Source: Azolla caroliniana
Taxonomy: Eukaryota; Plantae; Polypodiophyta
Direction of reading: 5' to 3'
NCBI GenBank assembly: GCA_043228905.1
Contig: JBHGNT010000014.1
Coordinates: forward strand, 14,570,001-14,634,000
DNA length: 64,000 nt
Shown here: positions 11,280 through 22,950 of the stretch, piece after piece
Layout of the letters: each line of letters starts with the position of its first letter
Position numbering within the stretch: the stretch's first letter is position 1
Notes under the pieces: generated by a model
Told to the model about the DNA's origin: nothing
What the model saw: the letters and a program-made list of their open reading frames with translations, nothing else
Database searches by the model: none
Position numbers and translations under genes: made by a program

Positions 11280-14200
11280 ACGAGTGGAAGTCGTCGTTAA
11301 CAATGTAGGGCCCGGTTTGTTTGGATAACGACGATGGAAGTCTTTGACAAGAGCTTGAGCAATAGAAATATTATTGACGGGTTCCCAAGTGCGATCACTC
11401 GGAGGATAGCCAACCCAATCAACCAGATAATAGAGCTTATTCCGCACAATCTTCGAATCAAGAATAGGAGCTACCTTGTATTCAGGGCCGCAACAAGTTG
11501 GACAGAGGGCGAAGGTGGCACGACACGATTAGGATTATAAGAGGTGCGACAAGGTTCCAAAAGAGAGCTATGAAAGACTGGGTGATGACGCATGTGTGCT
11601 GGAAGATTAAGACGAAAGGTGGCATCGTTAATACGCGCAGTGATAAGAAAAGGACCTAAGCGCTGATAATCAAGCTTCTCACATGGCCAAGTAGTCTTGA
11701 TGTGACGACGAAGCAACCATACTTGGTCACCAACCTTAAAAGGAGACTTAAGATGATGGAAATCGGCGTTGGTCTTATGTTGTGCTTGAGTTGTCTGAAG
11801 ATGTGAAGATAACGCTAATTGGATTCGATGTAGTCGATGAAGATGATGCTCAGCACTAGGGTTTCGTGCGACCTTGGGAAGATCCAAGATACACCATCGA
11901 GGATTGTTACCGGTGTAGGCAAAGAAAGGTGTAACCTTGGTAGAAGAGTGTACTGTGTTATTGTATGCAAACTCAGAAAGATGTAGAATATTGCTCCAAT
12001 CATCTTGTTGATAATTGATGAAGCATCGAAGATATTGCTCGAGCGTTTGATTTGTGCGCTCTGTTTGTCCATTGGTTTGTGGATGATAAGCCTAAGAGAG
12101 TTTGAAGGAGATTTTGAGGCCTGCCCATAGGTTCTTCCAAAAGTGAGAGATAAATTGAGGACCACGATCAGTAATTATATCATCTAGAACACCATGATGG
12201 CAAAATACTTCACGCATAACGATATCTGCGGTTTCTTGACTATTGATACTCTTTACACATGGTAAAAAATGTGCCATCTTGGTAAACCGATCCACTACTA
12301 TTAAAATGGTATCAAATCCTTTTGAAGGTGGCAAATCCGTAATGAAATCCATAGAAATAGACTTCCATGGCTTGGTTGGAGGCGGTAATGGTTGTAACAA
12401 GCCATAAGGATGATGCCTGGGTATTTTGGCTCAACAACAAGTGTCACATGTACGAACATAATCTTCAACAAATTTTTTCAAATGAAGCCACCAAAACGAG
12501 CACTTCACCAACTCTATGGTCTTGGCAATACCAAAATGTCCAGCCATATGGGCATCATGACAATGTTGTAATACTTGAAGGCGGGGTGATCCATCAGGGA
12601 CGTAAAGGAGATTCTTGTAAAAGAGTAAGCCATCTTGCCACTTGAATTCCTGATAATGTTGAGATGAATCTTGGAATGTGGAGCAAGATGCATGGCTTGG
12701 ACTAATGCGGTCTGAGACATCCTTAGCGAAATCATCAGACTGAAGTTGTTGCCGAATAGTATCAACAAGGCGTGAATCAAATGGCGTCGCATAAACTGTT
12801 GTTGCTTGTAGCTTTGATTGTCCTAGTAGAATTTGCTTTTGGTTGTCAAAGGCCGGATCTCCAGGTCCAGGTGCGAGATATGAACGTCGAGATAGAACAT
12901 CTTGCTTCCCTTGTTGCTTCCCGGGGCGGAAAACAATCTTGAAATCAAAACAAGTTAGAAACTGTGCCCATCGAGCTTGTCTCCTATTTAACACTCGAGC
13001 TGTTTGAAAATACGTAAGATTATTGTGATCACTATAAATGATTATTTGATGAGGCAATCCTTCCAAGAAATATCTCCATTGCTCGAAAGAGTCAACCACA
13101 ACTAGTAACTCCTTGTCATGCACCTCATAGTTTATCTCCGCAGCAGTAAATTATCTCGAGTGAAACGTGACTTGATAGGACTGCACGTCCTTGCCTGGTT
13201 GGGATAGGATACTCCCCAATGCAAAGTCCGACGGATCCGCTTCAATGGTAAATGGCTTTTCGGGATCAATATGTGCTAATATAGGAGCTGATGTGAATGC
13301 CTCTTTGAGCTGAGTAAAGGTTGTGTCCGCTTCAATATTCTAAACAAACACTTGATTCTTCTTGGTGAGTTGGGTGAGAGGCAACATGATCTTTGAATAA
13401 TTTCGTATGAATTTGCGATAGAAGTTAGCAAATCTGAGGAAACATTGGACGTCTTGAACAAAACGTGGGGGTTGCCATTCCAATATTGTTTTGACTTTTA
13501 CTAGATCCATGAAGATACCCTTAGATGAAATAGTATAACCCAAGAATTCGACTTGTTCGCTGTCAAAACTGCACTTCTCAAGTTTGGCATACAGACCATA
13601 CTTTCTTAAGCGTTCAAGTACTTTCCGAACATGTATATCATGCTCCTCCTATGTTTTAGATTAAATCAACAGATCATCTAAATAGATTACGAGAAAGATA
13701 TCCAGAAAATCCCGGAAAATGTCATTTGCCATATGTTGGAAAACTGCAGGTGCATTTGTGAGCCCGAAAGGCATGACTGTATACTCGAAATGACCAGACC
13801 GAGTGCGAAATGTTGTTTTCCACTCATCTCCCGGTCGAATGCGAACAAGATTATATGCACCCCTTAAATCAAATATTTGTAAAATGTTTTGCCCCACCAA
13901 TGCGCTCTAAAAGACTGGAGATTAAAGGAAGAGCATACCTATTTCTTATGGTGACTTTATTTAATCCCTGATAGTCCACGACCAAATGAAGCGATCCATC
14001 CTTTTTCTTCACAAAAAATATAGGAGCACCGGCTGGAGATTTTGAATGTCGAATAAACCCATGTGCAAGATTCTCCTCAATGCATTCTCAAAGAACCTCA
14101 AGCTCAGTTGGTGATAGATTGTAGATCGAACCCCATGGTGGCTCTTTTCTTAGTTGGAGTTCAATGGGACAATTGTATGGCCGATGCTTTAGAAGTACAC

Positions 14201-14845
14201 TAGCTTTGACTTTGTTGAAAACATCAGCATATTCTGTATATTTTTCGGGAATTTGGATGTCTGGATTCCCCTGAGTCACACTAGAGGGTGTCACTGATAT
14301 TCCAAATAAGAAAAGTTCCTCCTTTCCTCCCACTTGGAACAATTGTTGCAATGTGATGGTTGAGATTTGGTGAAAAGGAGATGGTGCACTAGTAGAAGTA
14401 TATTCTTTAAGGGAATACTCCTGGGTTCGATCCTTAGCAATGTGGTTTTCTGCAGAACGACACCAAATTTCTCACCTCCTCCAATCTATTCGTGGGTTAT
14501 GTAGCTCAAACCATGGCAAACCAAGGACAATTGGATGCTCGGGGCTATGGATTATATTAAAGGAAATTACACATCCTAAATCACCTAAGAGTATCTGTAT
14601 TGGCTCTGACTCTTCGAATATCTTCCTAGAAGCTATGGGACGTCCATCAATCACTACTACGGAAACTGGGCAAGGAAGTGTGTGCAAGGATATTTGATGT
14701 TTTTGGGAAAATCTCTATCCATGAAACAAGAATTGGCTATGGTATCTAAGAGGGCTTGGACATGAAGTTGGCAACTTGATGTCCTAACTTGTACTTGGGC
14801 TGAGAAAACTCTACTAACATGCTTGGATGAAATGGAACCTACACT
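11280..14845 (-). pseudogene. Chromovirus pol (PR-RT-RH-INT-chromodomain), disrupted
   Basis: Collinear ORF fragments from 14657-14866 down to 11244-11447. Confidence 0.9.
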
Positions 14846-16001
14846 AGCCGGTTCGACACAAAGCACCGACTACGACCGAGGAGGATTGAAGAAGGAGATT
14901 GGGTGATCGTCTATGACAGTAGTTTGGACCATCAACATACAACGATGCGGAAATTCGCGAAAAGGTGGTTCGGGCCATACGAGGTTCGGAAAGTCTTCGA
15001 CAACGAAACGTACCGACTGTCCGAGTTGGATGGAACAATACTACGAGTGCCTATAGCCGGGAAGCGGGTGAAGATTTTCAAGAAGCGGACCGACGACAAA
15101 CCCTATGTGATCCAAGCCAAGGCCGACAACGAGGAGCAATCGGACGAAGACCACGGTGATGCGGGAAGCGAAGAAAGTGAATTACAACTCATAGTCGACA
15201 TAAGGGGAGAATCGGAGGAAGCTTTGGGTGAAGACGGATATGGGGGATCGAGAACTTCGGCACATACCGGAGGATGTGCGGGTTCGGAGGGGGCGAATGT
15301 CGTAGTGTATTCCACACACTACGTGAAAACCATAAAATAATATATCCGATTTTAGATACATATAAATAAATAAATAATATATCAAAAGAATTTATCACGT
15401 GCATAGGGCAAGATTCAAACCATGCACCTCCACGTAGATAAACCCCAACTTTACCATTGTAATAACTTATCTTTAGTGTTATAAATATAGATTTAATACG
15501 TATAAGACCTTTATTTACACATACCTTTATTAAAAGGTAAAAATCATGTATTCTTTAGAGTGTGAATATTTTATTTACACGTGCCATTAAAAGTGACTCA
15601 TGCACATCTAGCGTGCATGAGCCCTATATTTAGGAAATGACAAAGCATCACATGCACATTTAGTGTGCATGGACACTTTAGGTGAAAAAGCATGAAGCCA
15701 TGCTTAGCCTCTTCCATCTTTATATAAGGAGGAGAGAAATATGTATAAGGTTGTTGATTAATATAGAAGAATTGATCAATCTAATATATTCGTGGGATTC
15801 ACGAATTTTGCCATCTAATTGCTCTAATAATCTAAATATTGTTTTAATTACACTAAACTCGTGGGATTCACGAGGTTGCTATCTTACTTCTCTTTCCACT
15901 ATTCATAACTAGCCTTAAGGTGTATTCCTCTTCCTCCTAGTCAAAAACCTCGGCGGTTCCCACCCGACTCACGCAACGATCCGGAGCCGAAGGGCATGAC
16001 A
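14846..16001 (+). repeat. Near-identical copy of 21185-22340 (integrase tail plus LTR): remnant of an upstream tandem unit
   Basis: Constant offset of 6339 bp; I noticed only two substitutions. Confidence 0.93.
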
Positions 16002-16005
16002 CAGT

Positions 16006-16023
16006 TGGTGAACCCGAGGTGAA
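16006..16023 (+). promoter_or_regulatory. Primer-binding site complementary to tRNA-Trp
   Basis: TGGTGAACCCGAGGTGAA versus the complement of the plant cytosolic tRNA-Trp 3' end as I recall it (TGGTGAACCCGACGTGAA): 17/18 match. Confidence 0.8.
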
Positions 16024-16039
16024 GACGGGTGGCAAGGAG

Positions 16040-18082
16040 ATGGAAAATCAACCGAAGGCTAGTAACATGATGATGATGTTCGAGCGCATGCTACAAGAAC
16101 AACGCGCAATGTCGGAGATAGCGGCATCAGTGGAGCGGCTCGTGCAACGAAACGGGCAATTCAACGGGAAAGACGTGTCGCGGTATCTTCGGGACTATAA
16201 GGCGGAGATGCTACAGTGCGGAATATCGGAAGGACTGCAAGTGACGTCCTTCAACCGGGTGGCGACCGACGGGCTTCAAGCAAGCATCCATGGGCTACAA
16301 CAGCAAAATCCGACATGGGAGGCGTTTGAAGTAGAGCTAAAAAGGACATTCGCCATCGAGGATTCGTCCAAGGTGACGCGAAGGGGATTCGAAGATTGGG
16401 TGGAGACGCCGGACAAGGGATTGAAGGTCGTTGATGTGTTTTCGGCATTCGAAAGCCGGTTCGGGAGGTTGTCCGCGAGAGATCAAGCTATCCTCGTACC
16501 GGACAAGGTGATCATGTTCTTGCGAGCCGTGGACGTCCGGGACCGGAAAGATCTCGGAGTGCTCTTGGAGGACACGACCACGGAGAGCGGCCCCACCGAA
16601 ACATGGGAAAGTGTGCGGGATATCGTCACGCGATACACGAAGAGGGGGCAATGGCTTGCCGACGAGGAAAAGAGGGTTTCGGAACTGATTCCGAAACCGA
16701 GAACCGGATTGGAAGACCATCAACTGAGGGCTCGAGAGACTACAACCGAGAAGGGGATTGATGCATCTACGGTGGAGCAACTATTGAAGGAGATGGAGAA
16801 TCTGAAGATCGTGATGGTGAAGAAGTCGGATGACCGCCCCACAAGCTCCAAGTATACGGACCGACGGTGCATATGGTGCGATAGCGCCGAACACGATCGG
16901 AGGGATTGCGACAAGCATAAGGAGGCGCTACGGCGGGATCTCATCTACTACGAGGGAAACCGGATTCATTCGATGGACTCTCGGAAGCCACTCCGACCGA
17001 ACTTCCGGAAAGGCGGCATGAAGAAGGTGCTCGAGGAGGAATTGGCGGCAAGAAGCAACTATGCGACAACCGCGGGAATATGTGTCGGGGAGTCATCGAG
17101 AGCAAAGACGTCTTTTTGGCCGGAAGTTCTAGAAAACACCGAGAAAACCGACTCTAACGAGATCCGAAGCACCGCGGAAGGCGTCCGGGAAGCTACGGGA
17201 TGGGAGTGCCCTGTCGACAAGAATAGCGTATACGCCCTGTGTCAATTGCATAAGGTGTATGTGGACGAGAAACGACGACGCACGGAGGATGCGGCCGGGC
17301 CATCAAAGATACCGGAAAGCTGGAACTCCGGAGGTAAGGGAAAAGAAAAGGCGACTCCGGCATTCAAGCTCGCCTCGGACATAGAACAACAAACCGACTT
17401 GAAAAGAGTGTTCGAGGAAAGAATCTTGGATAGCCGGGTAGATTTCTCGCTTCGGGAGCTACTCGGAATAGCAAAGAAGGAGTTCCACGATCTTCTCGTG
17501 GATCTCGTGAAGCGAAAAAGACAAAGTACGGAGGAAAATGCTCCAAGGGTGAATGCGAACACCGTTTTAATGAACGACACCGAAGTGGAGGACGAAATTC
17601 CGAACTCCCACTATACAAGGCCACATTGGGCACGCGCAACTACGGAGACTCCGGTCCGAATCGGCAACATCAAAGAACCCGTGCTAGCATTGATTGATCA
17701 CGGATCGGAGATCAACTTGATGTCCAAGGAGTTCTACCGGAAGGGGAAGTGGCCTATTAACACCAACCATGGATGGAAGATTCGGGCGGCCACCAAAGCA
17801 ACGGAAGATCTATTTGCGGCTTGTCCGGATGTGACGATGAAGATCGGGGATATCGAGATCGACCAAAATTTCTTCGTGCAAGATGAGGTTTCACATTCCG
17901 TCATCCTCGGCCAACCCTTTATCACAGCATCACGGATGGAGACGAAGGTGCTCGATAGCGGTGCGGCTTTTGCGCGAATTCGGAGCCAAAACGGTGGGAA
18001 ATCCGTCCAATTCCTAACGGTGCCGGCAAATCACGAAAGGAACAAGAGGGAACTCTTGTCCCAAGTGAGAATGGATTTTTAA
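16040..18082 (+). CDS. Gag-protease polyprotein (ORF1, about 680 aa, uninterrupted)
   Basis: Capsid-like FNGKDVSRYL region, CCHC knuckle CIWCDSAEHDRRDC, protease ALIDHGSEINLM and ILGQPF. Confidence 0.88.
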   Translation: MENQPKASNMMMMFERMLQEQRAMSEIAASVERLVQRNGQFNGKDVSRYLRDYKAEMLQCGISEGLQVTSFNRVATDGLQASIHGLQQQNPTWEAFEVELKRTFAIEDSSKVTRRGFEDWVETPDKGLKVVDVFSAFESRFGRLSARDQAILVPDKVIMFLRAVDVRDRKDLGVLLEDTTTESGPTETWESVRDIVTRYTKRGQWLADEEKRVSELIPKPRTGLEDHQLRARETTTEKGIDASTVEQLLKEMENLKIVMVKKSDDRPTSSKYTDRRCIWCDSAEHDRRDCDKHKEALRRDLIYYEGNRIHSMDSRKPLRPNFRKGGMKKVLEEELAARSNYATTAGICVGESSRAKTSFWPEVLENTEKTDSNEIRSTAEGVREATGWECPVDKNSVYALCQLHKVYVDEKRRRTEDAAGPSKIPESWNSGGKGKEKATPAFKLASDIEQQTDLKRVFEERILDSRVDFSLRELLGIAKKEFHDLLVDLVKRKRQSTEENAPRVNANTVLMNDTEVEDEIPNSHYTRPHWARATTETPVRIGNIKEPVLALIDHGSEINLMSKEFYRKGKWPINTNHGWKIRAATKATEDLFAACPDVTMKIGDIEIDQNFFVQDEVSHSVILGQPFITASRMETKVLDSGAAFARIRSQNGGKSVQFLTVPANHERNKRELLSQVRMDF

Positions 18083-18136
18083 AGCGGACTGTTGCGGAGT
18101 GGGGAAGTGATAGTCCGAGAAGCCCTGATACCCCAC
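18073..18136 (+). promoter_or_regulatory. Predicted -1 programmed ribosomal frameshift signal (slippery heptamer plus H-type pseudoknot)
   Basis: G GAT TTT at 18073-18079 just before the ORF1 stop; -1 frame is open into pol; stem 1 18085-18095/18107-18117; stem 2 GTGGGG 18099-18104 with CCCCAC 18131-18136. Confidence 0.78.
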
Positions 18137-21100
18137 ACAGGAAGAAAACTCTCGGAGCAAAACATGTACGAATCGGTCCGGATGGGGCATCTACGTACAC
18201 GACCGTAACCGGAGGATTGAAGAAAGGATACCGACAAGTGGAGGATAAGTTGCGGTCGGCATCAATAATAAAAGAAGATGAAGAAATCGTGGGGATAGTC
18301 GAAGAAGTGTTCTATGGGAGCACGCTACAACGACTTGAAGAGCTTGCGGAAGATAAAAGCCAAGGGAACCGGGTAGTCCCGGTGGAATCGGTCGAGATGT
18401 ACGAGATCATTGAGAAAATGGAGCCGGATATGCTCCGCAAAGAAGAAGCAATGGTAAGTACGAAATACAAGACCGTGGAGAAGAAGGTGAAACCGGCCGC
18501 GGGACCACTACCCGCCGATAGCGAACAAAAGAGGAAAGAAGTCTCGGGAGATCCGACACTTCGGAAGTCCGTGGATATCAGACATGCCTTCACGGATGAG
18601 ACCCGGAAGAAACTTCGGATCGGTGGAGGTGGGTTCCTATTACAAAAAGAAGAAGAACGGTTTCGCGAGATGTTGGAGCAATACGGCAAAGCGTTTGCAT
18701 TTACATCAAGGGAGATAGGGTGCGTCGATCCGAGAATAGTGGAGCCGATGGTGATCTTCACGATTGACCATGTACCGTGGAACCTGAAGCCGATTTCGGT
18801 GCCACGAGCGCATATTCCGAAAGTCATTGACTTGCTCAAGGAGAAGGTGGTGATGGGGATTCTAGAGCCATCAACTGCTCCGTACTCAAATCGATGGTTT
18901 ACGGTTCCGAAGAAGAATGGGTCACTCCGATTTATCCAAGACTTGCAACCGGTGAATAAGGTCACGATCCGGAACTCGGGAGTCGGTCCGATAGTGGACG
19001 AATTTGCGGAAGCTTTTGCCGGTCGTGCGATATACTCCATTGGAGACCTATACTCGGGGTATGACCAATTCCAACTAGCCGTGGAGAGCCGAGACATCAC
19101 AACCATGCGAACACCGATAGGATTAGTCCGAATGTGCACACTACCACAAGGAGCGACAAACTCGGTTGCTCATATGATGAACGCGATGAACAAGGTGCTT
19201 CGAGACTGCATTCCGGAGATAACGATGCCGTTCCTCGATGACATTCCGATGAAAGGATGCGCGGTAGAAGAAAAAGATGAGACTATGGATGATCGGGGAT
19301 GCCGAAAGTTCGTGGTCGACCATATTCATGATTGCGAGAAAGTGTTGCGAAAGCTAGAAGATGTGCACCTAACACTTTCCGGGGAGAAATCGGCATTTGG
19401 GCAAGAAGAAATATTGGTGGTCGGACATCTATGTGGGCCCTACGGCCGAAGACCGTCACCAACAAAGATCGATGCGATTCAAGCTATGGAGGAAGTATGC
19501 GAGTTAACATCCGAAGTCCGAAGGTTTCTCGGTGCATGTGCATTCTATCACATATGGATTCCGCACTATGCACATATAGCGGATCCGCTCTACCACTTGT
19601 TGCGGAAAGGTAAGAAATTCGAATGGAAACCGGAACACACCAAAGCCATGAAGAAATTGAAGAAGACACTTCAGAGGGCGGAAGCACTTAAGAAGCCGAG
19701 CTATGACCGACCGATCATAGTAACGGTTGATACAAGTCCAACCGGTATCGGGTGGGTCATCAATCAAGCCGACTCGGATGGTTCGCGGTATCCGATCCGA
19801 TTCGGAGCAAAGGTTCTCAACGAAAGGCAACGTGGATATGCGCAAGTCAAAAGAGAACTGTGGGGAGTCGTGTCGGCGATAAAATCGGATCGGGATTATT
19901 TGATCGGAGCCGAAGTGGTGATCGAGACGGATTGTCTTCCGATACTCGGGATGATGCGGTGTTGTACGATACCAGATGTAGCTATGCTAAGGTGGGTTGC
20001 ATATGTCAAGTCGCTTAATCTGGAGGTTCGACACTTCTCGGGGAAGGACAACGCGGTAGCGGATATGTTATCAAGGGCTCGGTTCGGAGACGACATAACC
20101 GAATCGGATAATGAAGAAGTTTCCGAAGACTACTTCGCGTCGGAGCACATATGCCGAGTAAACGTAATCCGGGAATTCCGGGAAGATGTTACAAGAGGCC
20201 GAGGATTCAACAAACGATAAAGGAAGAAGAGCGGAGATCCGAAGGAAGAAGAGACAAGTCCAAAAGTTCTTCTTGGAAAACGGATTAATATGGAGGGCGC
20301 CGAAAAGACCGGATGGTATACCACTTCGAGTAGTCGGGACAAAAGAGCAACGAAACCGGATAATGTCCGAGTTTCACGAATCCGATTGGGCTGGACACCG
20401 AGGAACATGGGCAACATTTATGAAGATCAAGCAAAAATATTGGTGGAAGAAAATGTACAAAGATGTCGCGGAGTTCACGGAAAGCTGCGAGAAATGTCAA
20501 GTCTACTCCGGGGTTCGACATCGAGATGAGTTACATCCGACATTCTCACCGACAATCAACTTCAAGTGGATGGTTGACATAGTGGCCATGCCGACCGGGA
20601 TCGGACAAAAGAAATACTTGGTATTAGCTTGGGAAGATCTCGCGAATCAAGTAGAAGGTCGAGCGCTTTAGAGGAAAACGTGTTCCGCGGTATGCCAATT
20701 TCTTTTGGAGGAAGTATTTTGCAGGTACGGGTGCGTAGGACAAGTGATTGCGGACCGGGGAGAACTCGACTCGGACAAAGCTAGGGGATTCTTCGCTAAA
20801 CACGGAGTTCGGTTATCGCTGACAACGGCATACAATCCGGAGGCCAACGGGAAAATCAAACGAGGACATAGTCCGATCGTGAAAGCACTTGCGAAGGCAT
20901 GCGATGGAAAGGTGAAGGACTGGCCGCAGATGCTTCCGTATGCACTATGGGCGGATCGGACGACGCATAGTTCCATAACCGATTACATGCCGGCAGAACT
21001 CATGACCGGACAAGCACCGGTAATGCCGACGGAAACCGCGATCGCAACATGGACAGTGCTACTGTGGAAGGAAGAGATGAGCCGGGAAGAACTACTAGCG

Positions 21101-21679
21101 GTCCGGATACGACAACTAGAGGGAAGACCGGCAGACATAGCGGAAGCAATACGCCGACAACAAGAAGCACGATTAAGGAACAAAAGCCGGTTCGACACAA
21201 AGCACCGACTACGACCGAGGAGGATTGAAGAAGGAGATTGGGTGATCGTCTATGACAGTAGTTTGGACCATCAACATACAACGATGCGGAAATTCGCGAA
21301 AAGGTGGTTCGGGCCATACGAGGTTCGGAAAGTCTTCGACAACGAAACGTACCGACTGTCCGAGTTGGATGGAACAATACTACGAGTGCCTATAGCCGGG
21401 AAGCGGGTGAAGATTTTCAAGAAGCGGACCGACGACAAACCCTATGTGATCCAAGCCAAGGCCGACAACGAGGAGCAATCGGACGAAGACCACGGTGATG
21501 CGGGAAGCGAAGAAAGTGAATTACAACTCATAGTCGACATAAGGGGAGAATCGGAGGAAGCTTTGGGTGAAGACGGATATGGGGGATCGAGAACTTCGGC
21601 ACATACCGGAGGATGTGCGGGTTCGGAGGGGGCGAATGTCGTAGTGTATTCCACACACTACGTGAAAACCATAAAATAA
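18079..21679 (+). pseudogene. Pol (RT-RNase H-integrase) in the -1 frame; one frameshift near 20190 and one stop at 20669-20671
   Basis: PKKNGSLRFIQDL, DLYSGYDQF, LPQGATNS, FLDD, VDTS, DMLSR, H-x5-H..CEKC, ADRGE, YNPEANG, WFGPY; reading frame runs 43 bp into the 3' LTR. Confidence 0.9.
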
Positions 21680-22340
21680 TATATCCGATTTTAGATACAT
21701 ATAAATAAATAAATAATATATCAAAAGAATTTATCACGTGCATAGGGCAAGATTCAAACCATGCACCTCCACGTAGATAAACCCCAACTTTACCATTGTA
21801 ATAACTTATCTTTTGTGTTATAAATATAGATTTAATACGTATAAGACCTTTATTTACACATACCTTTATTAAAAGGTAAAAATCATGTATTCTTTAGAGT
21901 GTGAATATTTTATTTACACGTGCCATTAAAAGTGACTCATGCACATCTAGCGTGCATGAGCCCTATATTTAGGAAATGACAAAGCATCACATGCACATTT
22001 AGTGTGCATGGACACTTTAGGTGAAAAAGCATGAAGCCATGCTTAGCCTCTTCCATCTTTATATAAGGAGGAGAGAAATATGTATAAGGTTGTTGATTAA
22101 TATAGAAGAATTGATCAATCTAATATATTCGTGGGATTCACGAATTTTGCCATCTAATTGCTCTAATAATCTAAATATTGTTTTAATTACACTAAACTCG
22201 TGGGATTCACGAGGTTGCTATCTTACTTCTCTTTCCACTATTCATAACTAGCCTTAAGGTGTATTCCTCTTCCTCCTAGTCAAAAACCTCGGCGGTTCCC
22301 ACCCGACTCACGCAACGATCCGGAGCCGAAGGGCACGACA

Positions 22341-22868
22341 ACGTAGTGTATGAATCTTGTTGATTGTCGTTCTTGGCCCATCTGTATCTCCGAAGCAAGC
22401 CTTAAATTCTTTGACAAACTCCTCACAATTATGCAGTAGAGGAGAATTTGTCTCTAGTAATGGAGCAAACCATGACAACACTATGCTAATCAATAAGGTG
22501 CCCACTAACCCGACTCGTGATGCATCTGTCGGATAACGTGTGGGATGCATTTGGATTACCAACTGCACTTGATTCAAGAAACCTCGGAAATGCGCCCTTG
22601 AACCATCGAATTTAGCTGGGAGACTGATTTTGGGCTCCTTAATACTTCCTTGACCTTTGACCCTTTGTTGTTTTAAAATTACAATTGTCGATTCTAATTG
22701 TTTCACCCGTCGCATAAACTCTTCTTCTTGTTGTTGCTTCTCAATAGTAACCTTTTGTAGATCCCCAAGAAGACGTTGATTCTCTAATTCAAGAGATGCG
22801 AACTTGGATTTAATCTTCTCCATTTCTACAACAAGAGTGAGATATTCTTCCGAGTTGAAGGCAGCCAT
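22341..22868 (-). pseudogene. Chromovirus gag N-terminal part, cut by the nested Gypsy
   Basis: EPKISLPAKFDGSRAHFRGFLNQ..FVKEFKACFGD capsid motifs. Confidence 0.88.
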
Positions 22869-22909
22869 GTTTCGTGATGTTTATAGAGGAGGATAAGGGG
22901 GATAAGGGG

Positions 22910-22941
<32 letters not shown>

Positions 22942-22950
22942 GAATCAAAC

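Larger units (their letters stand above)
15298..22340 (+). mobile_element. Young Ty3/Gypsy non-chromovirus element resembling fungal Ylt1-type elements; 704-bp LTRs
   Basis: LTRs 15298-16001 and 21637-22340 (TGTCGT..GACA), PBS 16006-16023, PPT GGAGGGGG before each LTR, gag-PR ORF1 then RT-RH-INT. Lineage name is my inference from motifs. Confidence 0.9.

Noticed and set aside
18312-19139. Long antisense ORFs over pol genes (also 52985-53692, 4861-5460)
   Set aside because: Expected shadows of GC-rich coding strands; no independent motifs.
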